DNA from: Squalus acanthias
Lineage: Eukaryota
Direction of reading: 5' to 3'
Assembly: GCA_030390025.1 (NCBI GenBank)
Contig: CM059433.1
Span: forward strand, 27,654,001 to 27,718,000
DNA: 64,000 nucleotides
Under the pieces are notes generated by a model, which searched no databases, was not told the DNA's origin, and worked only from the letters and a program-made list of their open reading frames with translations. A program made the position numbers and the translations under genes. Position 1 is the first letter of the stretch, and each line of letters starts with the position of its first letter. Below, piece by piece: positions 12,801 to 24,448 of this stretch.

Positions 12801-13658
12801 CGCTGGCCTGAGGCAATTCCACTGACCTCTACCACCACCGCCGACATCGCCAGAGCCTTCGTCAGCACCTGGGTCGCACAGTTCGGCGTCCCCTCCGACA
12901 TGACGTCGGACAGAGGTCCGCAATTTACCTTTGAACTCTGGACCGCCGTCGCACGCAATCTCGGGGTGACCATTCACCGCACCACAGCGTACCACCCCCA
13001 AGCCAACGGACTGTGTGAGCGGTTCCACAGATCCTTGAAGGCATCTCTTCGAGCCAGCCTCCAAGACGGCGCCTGGACTGACCGACTTCCGTGGGTCCTC
13101 CTCGGCCTGCGCACCGTGGTTAAAGAAGACCTCCACGCATCGGCAGCAGAGCTCGTGTACGGTCAGCCGCTGCGCGTACCCGGCGAGTTCCTGCCCATCG
13201 CCACGACACCCTGGTCAGCCGACCAGCAACGCCACGACTTCGCCTCACCGGCGCTGCAGTTCGCCCCGGTGCCCATTGCCCGACACGGCGAATCCACCTC
13301 ACACGTCCCACTAAGCCTGCACCAGGCACGGTTTGTTTTCGTCCGGCACGACGCCCACCGCGGACCCCTTCAACCCCCGTACGACGGGCCCTACAAGGTG
13401 CTACAGGCTGGGGACAAATTTTTCACCCTGCAAGTGGGCGACAGGACCGAAAAAGTGTCGGTTGACCGACTCAAGCCAGCACACTCGGAGCCCGGTGAGC
13501 AGGTCCCTGTAGCTCGTTCACCTCCACGCGGCCGACCTGCCCTCAAGCCGGTTCACCCGGCTGCTCCATGCCCGGCCGTTCCACGTCCACTGGCATCCTA
13601 CAAGAGTCGCTCCGGCCGGCCCATCAGACCGCCGCACCGTCTCGTCCAGACCTCCTAA
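9855..13658 (+). pseudogene. gag-pol polyprotein; gag/protease middle is out of frame, RT-RNaseH-integrase are open
   Basis: N-terminus KLPEFW..PEAWF. The true gag/PR runs in another frame at about 10010-10715 (CYYHARFGARAQRCTPPC, LCDTGAQHS, TGA at 10679). RT YLDD, RNase H TTDASD, integrase HVDIVGPLP/SDRGPQF/ERFHR and a PPYDGPY module. Confidence 0.9.
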
Positions 13659-13678
13659 GCGGATTCTGGGGGGAGCTG

Positions 13679-13919
13679 TGTGGCGGATCGCCACCTAAAA
13701 TGGGCATAATCCACTCTTCCGCCTGTGGACAAATTTCCAGCACCTTCCCTTTAAGGCACCTTCCCTTTAAGGCAGGAGGGGGCGGGGCCTCAGGTTTTAC
13801 CCAGAGAATTCTGGGAGCTTTTTGGTTCAGCCATTTTTTGTGCCATGCTGTGATTAAAAAGTCTCTTGTTTAACACACATGGATTCAGCCTTAATTCGTG
13901 TTTCGCGGCAGCCTCAACA
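13679..13919 (+). repeat. 3' LTR (TG...CA, 241 bp)
   Basis: Follows the G-rich PPT tggggggag; contains ATTAAA and a short tandem duplication of gcaccttccctttaag. Confidence 0.92.
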
Positions 13920-14169
13920 GGACCATGTCAACATTTAAGAATAGGTTAGATAGGTGGATGAAGAAAAGGGACAAAGGGATCTGGGAACAGGGCGGGTACA
14001 TGGTATACGGACTACTGCTCGTGTGGAGGATAAATGCTAATGTGGACTGGTTGGGCCGAACAGCCTGTTTCCATTTTGTAATTTCTATTTAATTCTATGC
14101 AACCTCATTAGGAAAAACATCAGTAACTTTATCATGTCAATGCAAACAACTTTAACGTGTTTAACGAAT

Positions 14170-15512
14170 ACAAAATGCGGTCAGGAAAAAACCCAGAAGG
14201 TCCATCAAGGCTGCCTTTCACTTATGATGCCTGGAGCATCGTGACTAGACACTTCCCAAACTCCACAGGTATGTAATCTCCTGGGAGAGGCAAAAAACGG
14301 GGCAAGGGGGGGAAATTTTGGAAAATTCCTCTGATCTCCTTGGGCGATTAAAACCAGTCCAAGAAATTACATTGACCATGCGTATGTTAACTGTAATTCC
14401 ACTTACCTTCTATATGATGTGATCTCTGCTCCAGCCATAATCCGGTCCAGCTCCCTCTTGATGACGTTCAGAATCAGCACCCACCACTCCAGCCGGCAAC
14501 ACATTTCAGAGGCTCACTACTCTCTGGGAAAAGTAAAACTGCCTAACATCTAGCCTATTCCTACTTCTGCGTAGTTTAAATGCATGTCCCCCGTCCTCCC
14601 CAACTTGCCAAACTGAAATAATCTATCACTAGGCACACAATACACCCCTTTCATTATTTTATACACCTCTATCAGGTCTCCTCTAAGTCTACACTGCTCT
14701 AAGGTAAATAGACCCAGCTCTTCAAGCCGATCTGAGTAACTCAGGTTCTTTAAGCGAAGGATCATTCTTGTAGCTCTCTTCTGAGCCTTTTCCAAGGCCA
14801 CTATATCATCCACCACGTGAGGACCAGAACTGGGCGCAGTACTCCAGATGCAGTCGAACCAACAACCTGTATAATGACAGAATGGTGTCCTTTGATTTGT
14901 ACTGAATGGTTCTATCACTACACCGCAATACCCGGTGTGCTTTGGCTACAACTTCTCTGCATTGGTCGTGAACTTTGAGTGATCTGTGCACAAGAACTTC
15001 TCTCTCTCTCTCAAGCTTTCAGTATCGTTCCTTGTAAATGATGTATATTCTGTGTTAGTCCTACCCACATGCAGTACAATGCATTGATCTAGATTAATTG
15101 CCATTTTCCATTGTGTGGCCTATTCCCCTAGCGCATCTAAAGCTTTTTGCAGAAGACTGCACTCCTCTACTGACTTGACCCTTGCACAAACTTTAGTGTC
15201 ATCAGCAAACTTATTAACCATTCCCTCAACATTGTTGTCCAGGTCATTAATAAAAACAGCGAACAGCAGTGGGCCTATCACCGATGCCTGGGGGACACCG
15301 CTCATCACCTCCCATTCGTCTGATCCACAACCATTGACTACAACTTTTTGCCTGTGCGATTGGAGCCAATTTTTAATCCAGCATACCAACTTTCAACTGA
15401 CACCGCAAGGTTCTATTTTGTGAAGTAATCTATTGTGAGGTACCTTATCGAAGGCCTTCTGAAAATCCAGGTGCACAATGTTAACCGGATTACCCACATC
15501 CACTAACCTAGT
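14170..15512 (-). mobile_element. CR1-group LINE fragment (RT and 3' end)
   Basis: GVPQASVIGPLLF, FADDTK, RLRGDLIEVYK. Confidence 0.85.
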
Positions 15513-16493
15513 TTACTACAAACAAGATGCAATGACAGTGTGAAGAAACTATGCATAAATGGGCCCTGAAGTTTGAGCCAAAGAATAAAGGCAATATTAC
15601 AATGTTCTTTGATAATTGATATCCAGATGGTTTGTAAATGGTAAATTTTGGTGTTTACATTGGAAATTGCATTTCATTACTTTTACAATTGGCGTTTATG
15701 GTAAAAGGGTAAAAATTATTTTTGTGTATTTATTGTAGGATATACACTGTACTATGGTCTTTCAAGCAATGATGTGATCACATTACATTAAGCAGTGTAC
15801 AGATCAGTTGTTTTAAACCAGTGCACTCATTGACTCACCCTGTGCAGCACTACGTAAAACCTACTAATGCACTGAAGGATTAAGTTTGCTGAAACCCTCC
15901 ACGCATTAGTTTGGTTCCAAGGACTTGCAAGAGATAACATGCGATATAAAAACAATGAGTTGGGCCTAATTCCAAAGGATGTGGTTTCTGATTTTAGAAA
16001 GAGTACTAAAGGGAAGGAAGTGGTTCTATCATTGAGAGATAATTTTGCCACAGCAGTACTGACATTCTGTATCAAAGCCAGGAGTAGCTTTAGCTGTGCA
16101 GTCTATTGAGGAAGTCAAATCAGGAAAGCAAGAAATTTGTCCTTCTTGCACAATGAGCTGTAATAAATTATGGACTTTCCTTCTAAAAACTGCTCATGTT
16201 TGCCTTCAAACAACAGCAGAAACCCACTGCAAATGGTAATGGTTCTGTAACTGATAGATATTTATAAAATAGTAGACTTTTTTGGTACAATCGTACTTTA
16301 TGCTGAGGCATGGAATCAATGGTACATCAAGGAGTATTTAGTACTCTCACTATATGTAGAGTGGAAGAGGAAGCGCAAAGTAAATATATCAGCATGTAGA
16401 TATAGTTTCTGGCAAAAAATAATCCTAAAAGGAATATGATCTTATGCACATAAATTGAGAATAGCGAGACAATAATGGAGATGGAGTTCAAGT

Positions 16494-16643
16494 GCCGGAG
16501 TCGGGAGGAGCAGAGAGTGGCGGTTCAGTGAGTATTTAAACTCACTTTCGTGGGCTTTTTTTCAAAGGCCGGAGTCGGGAGGAGCAGAGAGCGGCGGTTC
16601 AGTGAGTATTTAAACTCACTTTCGCGGGCCTTTTTTCCAAAGG
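16494..16643 (+). repeat. Two tandem 74-bp units in the CR1 5' UTR
   Basis: gccggagtcgggaggagcagagag starts at both 16494 and 16568. Confidence 0.9.
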
Positions 16644-16952
16644 CTTACCAATCTCACAGACCGGCGGCGGCGTTCCAGAGCCAAGTCACGATTCAAAAAG
16701 TGATGCGGGCAAGAGGAAGCAGCTGATTGGGTGAGTACGGCCAGGTGAGTATTTATACTACTCTATAGTTTGACAGTTAAGGTTTAGAAGTTTATAAAGT
16801 TTAGAAGGTCTTAATTTTGTGGTTATAGTTTCTAAGGTCTCTGTTGTGTAGCGGGGAGTACTAGTAAACAAGGGCCCTTGAGTATAACATTTAATTGTAG
16901 TGTAATTAGTGGTATTGATTTGATTTAATTTAAATTAATTAAAGGGTAAATC

Positions 16953-17903
16953 ATGGCAGCACAGCTCGACCCCGTGGTATGCTCCTCCTGCGCTATATGG
17001 GAAATCAGGGACACTTCCTGTGTCCCTGACGACCATGTGTGCAGGAAGTGTATCCAGCTGCAGCTACTGGCAGACCGCATTGCAGCGCTGGAGCTGTGAA
17101 TGGATGCATACTGGAGCATTCGCGATGCTGAGGACGTCATGGATATCACGTTTAATGAGTTGGTCACACCGCAGGTAAAGGTTGCACAGGCAGGAAGGGA
17201 ATGGGTGACCACCAGGCATAGTAGTAGGCGCAGGCAGGTAGTGCAGGGGTCCCCTGTGGCCATCCCCCTCTCAAACAGATATACCACTTTGGATATTATT
17301 GAGGGGGATGGCTTATCGGGGGAAGGCAGCAGCAACCAACTTCCTGGCACCATGGATGGTTCTGCTGCACAGGAGGGGAGGAAAAAGAGCGGGAGAGCTA
17401 TAGTGATAGGGAATTCTATTGTAAGGGGAATAGATAGGCATTTCTGCGGCCACAAACGAGACTCCAGGATGGTATGTTGCCTCCCTGGTGCAAGGGTCAA
17501 GGATGTCTCGGAGCGGCTGCAGGGCATTCTGGAGGGGGAGGGTGAACAGCCAGTTGTCGTGGTGCATATAGGTACCAACGATATAGGTAAAACACGGGAT
17601 GAGGTCCTAAAAGCTGAATATAGGGAGTTAGGAGGTAAATTAAAAAATAGGACCTCAAAGGTAGTAATCTCAGGATTGCTACCAGTGCCACGTACTAGTC
17701 AGAGTAGAAATAGAAGGATATTTCAGATGAATACATGGCTAGAAGAATGGTGCAAGGGGGTGGGATTCAAATTCCTGAGACATTGGAAGCGGTTCTGGGG
17801 GAGGTGGGACCAGTACAAACTGGACGGTTTGCACCTGGGCAGGACCGGGACCGATGTCCTAGGGGGAGTGTTTGCTAGTGCTGTTGGGGAGGGTTTAAAC
17901 TAA
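16953..17903 (+). pseudogene. CR1 ORF1 (CxxC..CxxC finger, coiled coil, SGNH/GDSL esterase)
   Basis: MAAQLDPVVCSSC...CRKC, a single TGA at 17097-17099, then VIGNSIVR, HIGTND and DGLHL. Confidence 0.88.
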
Positions 17904-20499
17904 AATGGCAGGGGGTTGGGAACCTGTGCAGGGAGACAGAGGAAAGGGAAGCAAGGATAGAAACACAAGACAGGAAGGAGAAAAGCAAAAGTGGAAGGCA
18001 GAGAAATCAAGGGTGTAAATCAAACATGGCCACAGTAAACAATAATTCTAAATGGTCCACGAGTGTTAAAAAAACAAGCCTGAAGGCTGTGTCTTAATGC
18101 GAGGAGCATTCGTAATAAGGTGGATGAATTAACTGCGCAAATAGATGTAAACGGATATGATATAATTGGGATTACGGAGACATGGCTCCAGGGTGACCAA
18201 GGCTGGGAATTCAACATCCAGGGGTATTCAAAATTCGGGAAGGACAGGCAAAAAGGAAAAGGAGGTGGGGTAGCATTGCTGGTTAAAGAGGAGATTAACA
18301 CAATAGTAAGGAAGGATATTAGCTCTGATGATGTGGAATCTGTATGGGTAGAGCGGAGAAATACCATGGGGCAGAAAACGTTAGTGGGAGTTGTATACAG
18401 AACCCCAAACAGTAATGCTGAGGTTGGGGATGGCATTAAACGGGAAATTAGAGACACGTGCAATAAGGGCACAGTAGTTATCATGGGTGACTTTAATCTA
18501 CATACAGATTGGGCTAACCAAATTAGTAACAATACTGTGGAGGAGGAATTCCTAGAGTGTATACGGGATGGTTTCCTGGACCAATATGTCGAGGAACCAA
18601 CTAGAGATCAGGCCATCTTAGACTGGGTATTATGTAATGAGAAAGGATTAATTAGCAATCTTGTTGTGTGAGGCCCCTTGGGGAGGAGCGATCATATGAT
18701 AGAATTCTTCATTAAGATGGAGAGTGAAGTAGTTGACTCAGAGACTAGGGTCCTGAATTTAAATAAAGGAAACTACGATGGTATGAGGCGCGAGTTGGCT
18801 AGGATGGATTGGGGAACTTTACTTAAAGGGTTGACGGTGGATAGGCAATGGCAAACATTTAAAGATTGCATGGATGAACTACAGAATTTGTTCATCCCTG
18901 TTTGGCATAAAAATAAAACAAAAAAGGTGACTCAACCGTGGCTAACGAGGGAAATTAGGGATAGCATAAGATCCAAGGAGAGGACATATAAATTGGCCAG
19001 AAAAAGCAGCAAACCTGAGGATTGGGAGCAGTTTAGGATTCAGCAAAGGGATTAATTAAGAGGGGGAAAATAGAGTACGAGAGTAAGCTTGCAGGGAACA
19101 TAAAAACTGACTGTAAAAGCTTCTATAGATATGTGAAGAGAAAAAGATTGGTGAAGTCAAGCATAGGTCCCTTGCAGTCAGAATCAGAGGAATTTATAAT
19201 GGGGAACGAGACCTGGGTGTCCTTGTGCACCAGTCGCTGAAGGTAAGCATGCAGGTGCAGCAGGCGGTTAAGAAGGCAAATGGTATGTTGGCCTTCATAG
19301 CGAGAGGATTCGAGTACAGGAGCAAGGATGTCTTGCTGCAGTTGTACAGGGTCTTGGTGAGACCACACCTTGAGTATTGTGTGCAGTTTTGGTCACCTTA
19401 TCTGAGGATGTTCTTGCCATGGAGAGAGTGCAGCGAAGATTCACCAGACTGATACCTGGGATGGCAGGAATGACGTATGAAGAGAGATTGGGTCGACTGG
19501 GCTTGTATTTGCTAGAGTTTAGAAGAATGAGAGGGGATCTCATTAAAACTTATAAAATTCTAACAGGACCAGACAGACTAGATGCAGGAAGGATGTTCCC
19601 GATGGTGGGGGAGTCCAGAACCAGGGGTCACAGTCTAAGGATAAGGGGTAAGCCATTTAGGACTGAGATGAGGAGGAATTTCTTCACCCAGAAAGTGGTG
19701 AACCTGTGGAATTCTCTACCACAGAAGACAGTTGAGTCCAATTCATTAAATATATTCAAGAAGGAGTTGGATATATTTCTCAAGGCTAAGGGGATCAAGG
19801 GATATGAGGAGAAAGCAAAGACAGGGTACTGAATTTGGATGATCAGCCATGATCGCATTGAATGGCGGAGCAGGCTCGAGGGGCCGAATGGCCTACTCCT
19901 GCTCCTATCTTCTATGTTTCTATGAATGCTCAATTCTCAGTGAGATGGATGAGAGTTCTGGGTTGCCATTTACACAGAATCATAGGCTTTAGTTGAGTGA
20001 GTCTTGCCAGTTCTAACCTAGAATACATTTTTGGGGTGGTGGGGCGGAACGAAAGAAGTGGATGGTGATGAACAGCGTCTAGACCAGGGATTCCAATTTA
20101 TGGCCTGTGGCTGTATCTAGCCCACAAGTCTGGAAATCTGGCCCTCAAAGCCCAAACAACTCAGTTCTGTTAGTGCTTCAATCTCTTACTCACTGGTTGG
20201 TTCTGTGGGGCCAAAGGCTTGGAATGAGCTTGCCTCATTAGTGCATAAATCCTACATCAGAATACCAAGTATCCACACCTTGAGATATATGTAAGTTAAG
20301 AGGAAAACTGATTTAAATTTATATGAGTCAATAGCATCCACGTAAGCAGCGTATGAAGACAAAACCCTTGGATAGTCTAGGTATGGCCTGTACAAGCCAA
20401 TCAGAAATCTGATAGCAGTTATAGAACAGTCACTGCTAAGGCCATCCTACCCCTTCTGGTGGAAGGACAAGGTATAGCAACACTGAGCTATGAGAGACA

Positions 20500-21298
20500 A
20501 GCTGCCGTTAGTACCATCACCTGCAGACAAGGGGTCAGTTTCCACATGTATGCTGCTGACACCCAGCTCTACCTCTCCATCGCCTCTCTTGACCACTCCA
20601 CTGCCTCGGTCCTGTCAGACTGTTTGCCTGGCATCCAGTCTTGGATGAGTAGTAATTTCCTCCAGCTGAAAGACTGACCTCCCCAATCACAAATTCCATT
20701 CCCTCTGTCCTCCCCAGCCAAGGTCTCAGGCTGAACCTCATTTTTCTATGCGATCCTGAAACGAGCTGCTGACCCTATATCCTCTGTATCAGAAAGACTA
20801 CCTACTTCCACCTTTGAAACATCAACTACCTGCGCCCCTACCTCAGCTGATATGCCGGTAAAACCCTCATCATACCTGTGTCATCGCCAGACATGAGTAT
20901 TGCAGTGCTCTCCTGGCTGGCCTCCCATCCTCTACCCTCCATAAACTTCACCTCATCCAAACTCTGCTGCCCATATCCTATCCATCCAGGCCTCCACCCT
21001 ACAACCCCCCGCTCCCGAACTCTTCATTCCTCTGACTTTGACCTCTTGTTCATCCTTCACTTCTTTTACCCCCAACTTTGACAGCTGTGCCTTCAGCTGC
21101 CTAGACCCCACATGCTGGAATTCTCTCTAAGTCCCTCCACCTCTGTTAAGACCCTCTGTAAAGTTCTCTTCTTTGACCAAACCTTATGGTTGCCCCTCCT
21201 AATATCTCCTTTGGGCTCAGCGTCCATTTTATTTTCCTTAGCGCCTTGGGACACTTTTCTATGTTAAAGGTGCTATATAAATGCAAGTTGTTGTTGTT
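20500..21298 (+). mobile_element. Degraded L2-type LINE (RT remnant HMYAADTQLY and tail)
   Basis: YADDTQLY-like motif; same tail as 8030-8412. Confidence 0.78.
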
Positions 21299-21444
21299 TC
21301 ACATTTATATTCCGAGCTCACAAATCTGCAATCTTGGCATGGACGAAGTGAAACACAAAGAATAAAAACTGTCGTAGTCTGAAAAGAATGCTTTAATAAG
21401 CATTTGGAAGAAACCCTTCTCGGTCAGTCATTTTACTGCCGTAA

Positions 21445-22388
21445 GCCTACAGTAAATTACCATTTGCTTTATTAAATAAATAAAGAAATGTTCTTGCATG
21501 AAGGATTGCTGTAAAGTAACAAGCAGGGATGATTCAGTTTGCGACTTACTGCAAGCAACTTTGCTTTAATACAAAATGGGATCAATGATACAATTATCTT
21601 CCACTCAAGCAAAAGAAAATTTCACATTGACATCAACACACTTCATACTTATATATTAATTATTATTAGTACAAATGACTTGTTGTGGGGCGGGCAGGGG
21701 AGTTTTAACAATGGCAGTTTGATCCCAGCTAAATAAAATGGCACAAAAATGCTGCAGGATTCTTTTTTTTTTTTAAAGTGTCTTCTTAACAGCCAGCGTA
21801 AGTGTGTTAACGAAACAGTTGTGAGTAAATTCAGTTTGCCACATTAAGGTAGTGCTGATCGACTTTTTACATCCCTTTTTACCTGGGACACAGACATTTG
21901 CTTTGTGTTTAATTGAGAAAAATCAGCTCTGAGCAAAATAAAGATTATTTCACAAAATTCAGCATTGCCTCATTAAATTGTGCATGAGGTAATCAGACCT
22001 GTTCGCAAACCACGGAGTCATCTGCCTGCTTATTGACAAGACACGTTCCTGGGATTTTGTTTTTTTCAACAGTACATTCAGAAACAGCTTTCAGCGATAG
22101 TTACCTAATTCCACATTACCATGTAAAAATATTAGTTTAACTTACATCTTTCTTAAAAGCTCTTTTTAATTTTCCCTCCAGAGGATATGGCATCAACAAA
22201 AAAAAAATGAACAAAATAATTATTCACATAAAATAACATACCTTACAAGACAAACACACAAATAAGGCCATTCTGCAGCATCAAAAGTCCACCTCTTGCA
22301 ATATTTCACAACAGATTCTACAGAATATTTTACATCCCAAGGACTGTACTATCGAACGACTTAGGAGAACGCCGCGGAGTCGATCGCA
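21445..22388 (-). other. DST: Dystonin 3' UTR (approximate)
   Basis: AT-rich, repeat-free stretch between the stop codon and the first downstream AATAAA. The end is approximate. Confidence 0.65.
21468..21473 (-). terminator. Polyadenylation signal AATAAA of DST
   Basis: tttatt on the + strand, about 0.9 kb after the stop codon and before repeat DNA resumes. Confidence 0.6.
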
Positions 22389-22663
22389 CTATCTTTTGGA
22401 GGCCGCGCTCAGTTTGCTAGCCGCCGAGGACCTCCTTGACGGTGTCGGGATTTTCGAAGGTTTCGCTGAAGATGGCCGAGATCCTGCTCGTGACCCTGAT
22501 CTGCTAGTGTCAGGCACTGTCTCTGAAACATCCGAGCACACAGACTGGATATCTGAAATGTCGAAATCGGAAGCATCACTCCCGCGGCGACTACTGGCTC
22601 TGCTGCCGGTCTTGCTTCCTGCTCGGCTTGTGGGCCGACTTGGGGCTTTCCTTGACTCCAGGG
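22389..22663 (-). CDS. DST: Dystonin last coding exon: GSR repeats, SDASDFDIS, SxIP motif (PSKIPTP), ending SKLSAASKR*
   Basis: Acceptor atctag; frame continues from phase 1 to TAG at 22389-22391. Confidence 0.95.
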
Positions 22664-23103
22664 CTAGATTAAAAAAAATATATATATTTATTTATACACA
22701 CAGCTCAAGTTAAATAAATCCATTTTATCTGCGATTATAAGATTCAAATAATCTTGCACCAGATTTACTGACACCTCTGACCAGCATTAAAGGTTACAGA
22801 AAGAGAAACGATTGAGACACAGCAGATAAATATGCAGATTTTGAAACTCGCTTCAGGAAATTTAAGAGATTTTTCCCCTTTGACACATCCCAGGAGCACT
22901 TATTGTAAAACTGTGCAAACCTAGCCCACAATTTCCTGATTAACCCTCCCAGTTTTGCCAGGAGCATTGAAGCCCCTCACCCGCTGCCCTTAAAGGTGTC
23001 GACCTTCCAACTTTATACAGGTTCGTATCATCCTTGGCAAGCTTCAAAGTTTATTCTACGAATATAGAAAACGGTAAGATTACAATCACCACAGAACACT
23101 CAC

Positions 23104-23227
23104 CCGGTACTTGTGACCTCCCCCTAGAAGGCGGGGTTGGTATTAAATTGCTGTCATCTCCAGAGTGAAAACTTTTTCCTGACAGATACCCAGGCGGTCG
23201 CAGTTTGCTTCCCTGGATGGGAGTTAC
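23104..23227 (-). CDS. DST: Dystonin penultimate coding exon, [41 protein letters not shown]
   Basis: Acceptor atctag, donor G|gtgagt; 124 nt. Matches the DST segment [22 protein letters not shown]. Confidence 0.92.
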
Positions 23228-23984
23228 CTAGATCACATTATACAGAGAACGGGATTAATATTTTCCTTCTGAGGCGCAAATATTTTTGAGGTGTGGTAGA
23301 TAGATAAAATCTGGATAATGCATAGGACTACTTGAAATGTTGATCCCTTTCCCACAAAGCTATTCTATTCCTAGCATGAATGTATATCAGGCCTTTGCTG
23401 TTGTCCTATCTAGGCTATACAGCAAGCACAATTTAACAAGGGATTATATACACGTCAGTTAAGCTTGGCAGTGACTGACCAAATCCAATATATGAACGGA
23501 CTTGTTGTCAATTTTCTTTCTAATTTACTGCTCAAGATATATTAATGTCAGAATAATGATTTGTTTGGGACAGAGAGGATGTAATATCTTCCTGTTGCTT
23601 CAAAGGATTAACCTTTACATCTGGCTAATTAACACAGTAAGTAACTTAACTCTGAAGATAAAAGGTCATTCTAGGAGAATGCAGCTGTGCACTTCTCCCA
23701 ACGTCAATGGCACTGGAATATAAAGGGGGGTAATCCAGAGACCCAGGTACATAGCAGACCCACAATGTTTATGGTCTTGCCATCTGCCGCTTTGTTTCCA
23801 GCTAAAGAACAAACTTGCATTTATATAGCGCCTTTCATGACCTCAGGACGACCAAAAGCGCTTTACAGTCAATGAATTACGGCTGAAGTGTGGTCACTGT
23901 TGTAATGTAGAAAATGTGGCAGCCAATTTGCGCACAGCAAGCTCCCACAAACAGCAATGAGATAATGACCAGTTAATCTGGCCA

Positions 23985-24448
23985 ATGACAGAAAGATTGG
24001 TGGCACAGTAAGTAGTGTAGACGGGAGCATAAAATTACAAAGAGACATTGATAGATTAAGTGAGTGGGCAAAACTGTGGCTGGTGGATTTCAACGCAGGT
24101 AAGTGTGAGGTCATCCATTCTGGACCAAAAAAGGATAGATCTGATTATTATTTAAATGGTGAAAAATTAGGAACAGTGGAAGTCCAAGGAGATTTAGGGG
24201 TCCATGTACACAGATCACTAAAATATAGTAGTCAGGTACAAAAATAATCAAAAAGGCTAATAGAATTTTAGTCTTTATATCTAGAGGGCTAGAATATAAA
24301 GGGGAGGGAGTTTTGCTACAGATATACGAAGCCCTGGTTAGATCACATCTGGAGTACTGCGTAAAGATCAACACCGTAGAAAGGATTATATTGGCCTTGG
24401 AAGGAGTGCAGCGCAGATTCACCAGAATGTTACCAGGGCTCCAAGGAA
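23985..24448 (+). mobile_element. CR1 RT fragment
   Basis: LQRDIDRLSEWA, LVRSHLEYC, QRRFTRMLPG. Confidence 0.8.

Larger units (their letters stand above)
8678..13919 (+). mobile_element. Ty3/Gypsy LTR retrotransposon, CsRn1-like clade, full length
   Basis: Two 241-bp LTRs, 4-bp TSD GGAC (8674-8677 and 13920-13923), tRNA-Trp PBS, PPT, CHCC gag knuckle, PR-RT-RH-IN order. Confidence 0.95.
8420..14095 (+). mobile_element. CR1 3' fragment split by the Gypsy insertion (8420-8677 and 13924-14095)
   Basis: RFEKLGLF...DLIEMFK...RTRGH on the left; reading resumes with TMSTFKNRLDRWM after the TSD. Confidence 0.8.
16485..19925 (+). mobile_element. CR1 LINE with 5' UTR, ORF1 and an internally deleted ORF2
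   Basis: ORF1 with zinc finger and SGNH esterase, APE endonuclease (ITETW, GDFN, DWVL, SDH), ORF2 C-terminus and tail ttctatgtttctatg. The RT core is missing. Confidence 0.93.

Noticed and set aside
10111..13329. Many long antisense and alternate-frame ORFs over the Gypsy pol region
   Set aside because: Shadow ORFs expected from high GC at third codon positions; no recognisable domains.
15865..16110. Stop-free plus-strand stretch ...FRKSTKGKEVVLSLRDNF... as a host exon
   Set aside because: No convincing splice sites; it more resembles a decayed LINE endonuclease motif (RKDR..KGGGVAL.VR).
16494..16643. CRISPR-like or terminator-like reading of the hairpin plus T-run repeats
   Set aside because: Vertebrate DNA, only two units and no unique spacers; part of a LINE 5' UTR.
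1..21300. A neighbouring host gene downstream of DST (COL21A1 in mammals)
   Set aside because: No Gly-X-Y, vWA or other host-exon signal seen; the region is mostly transposon-derived.
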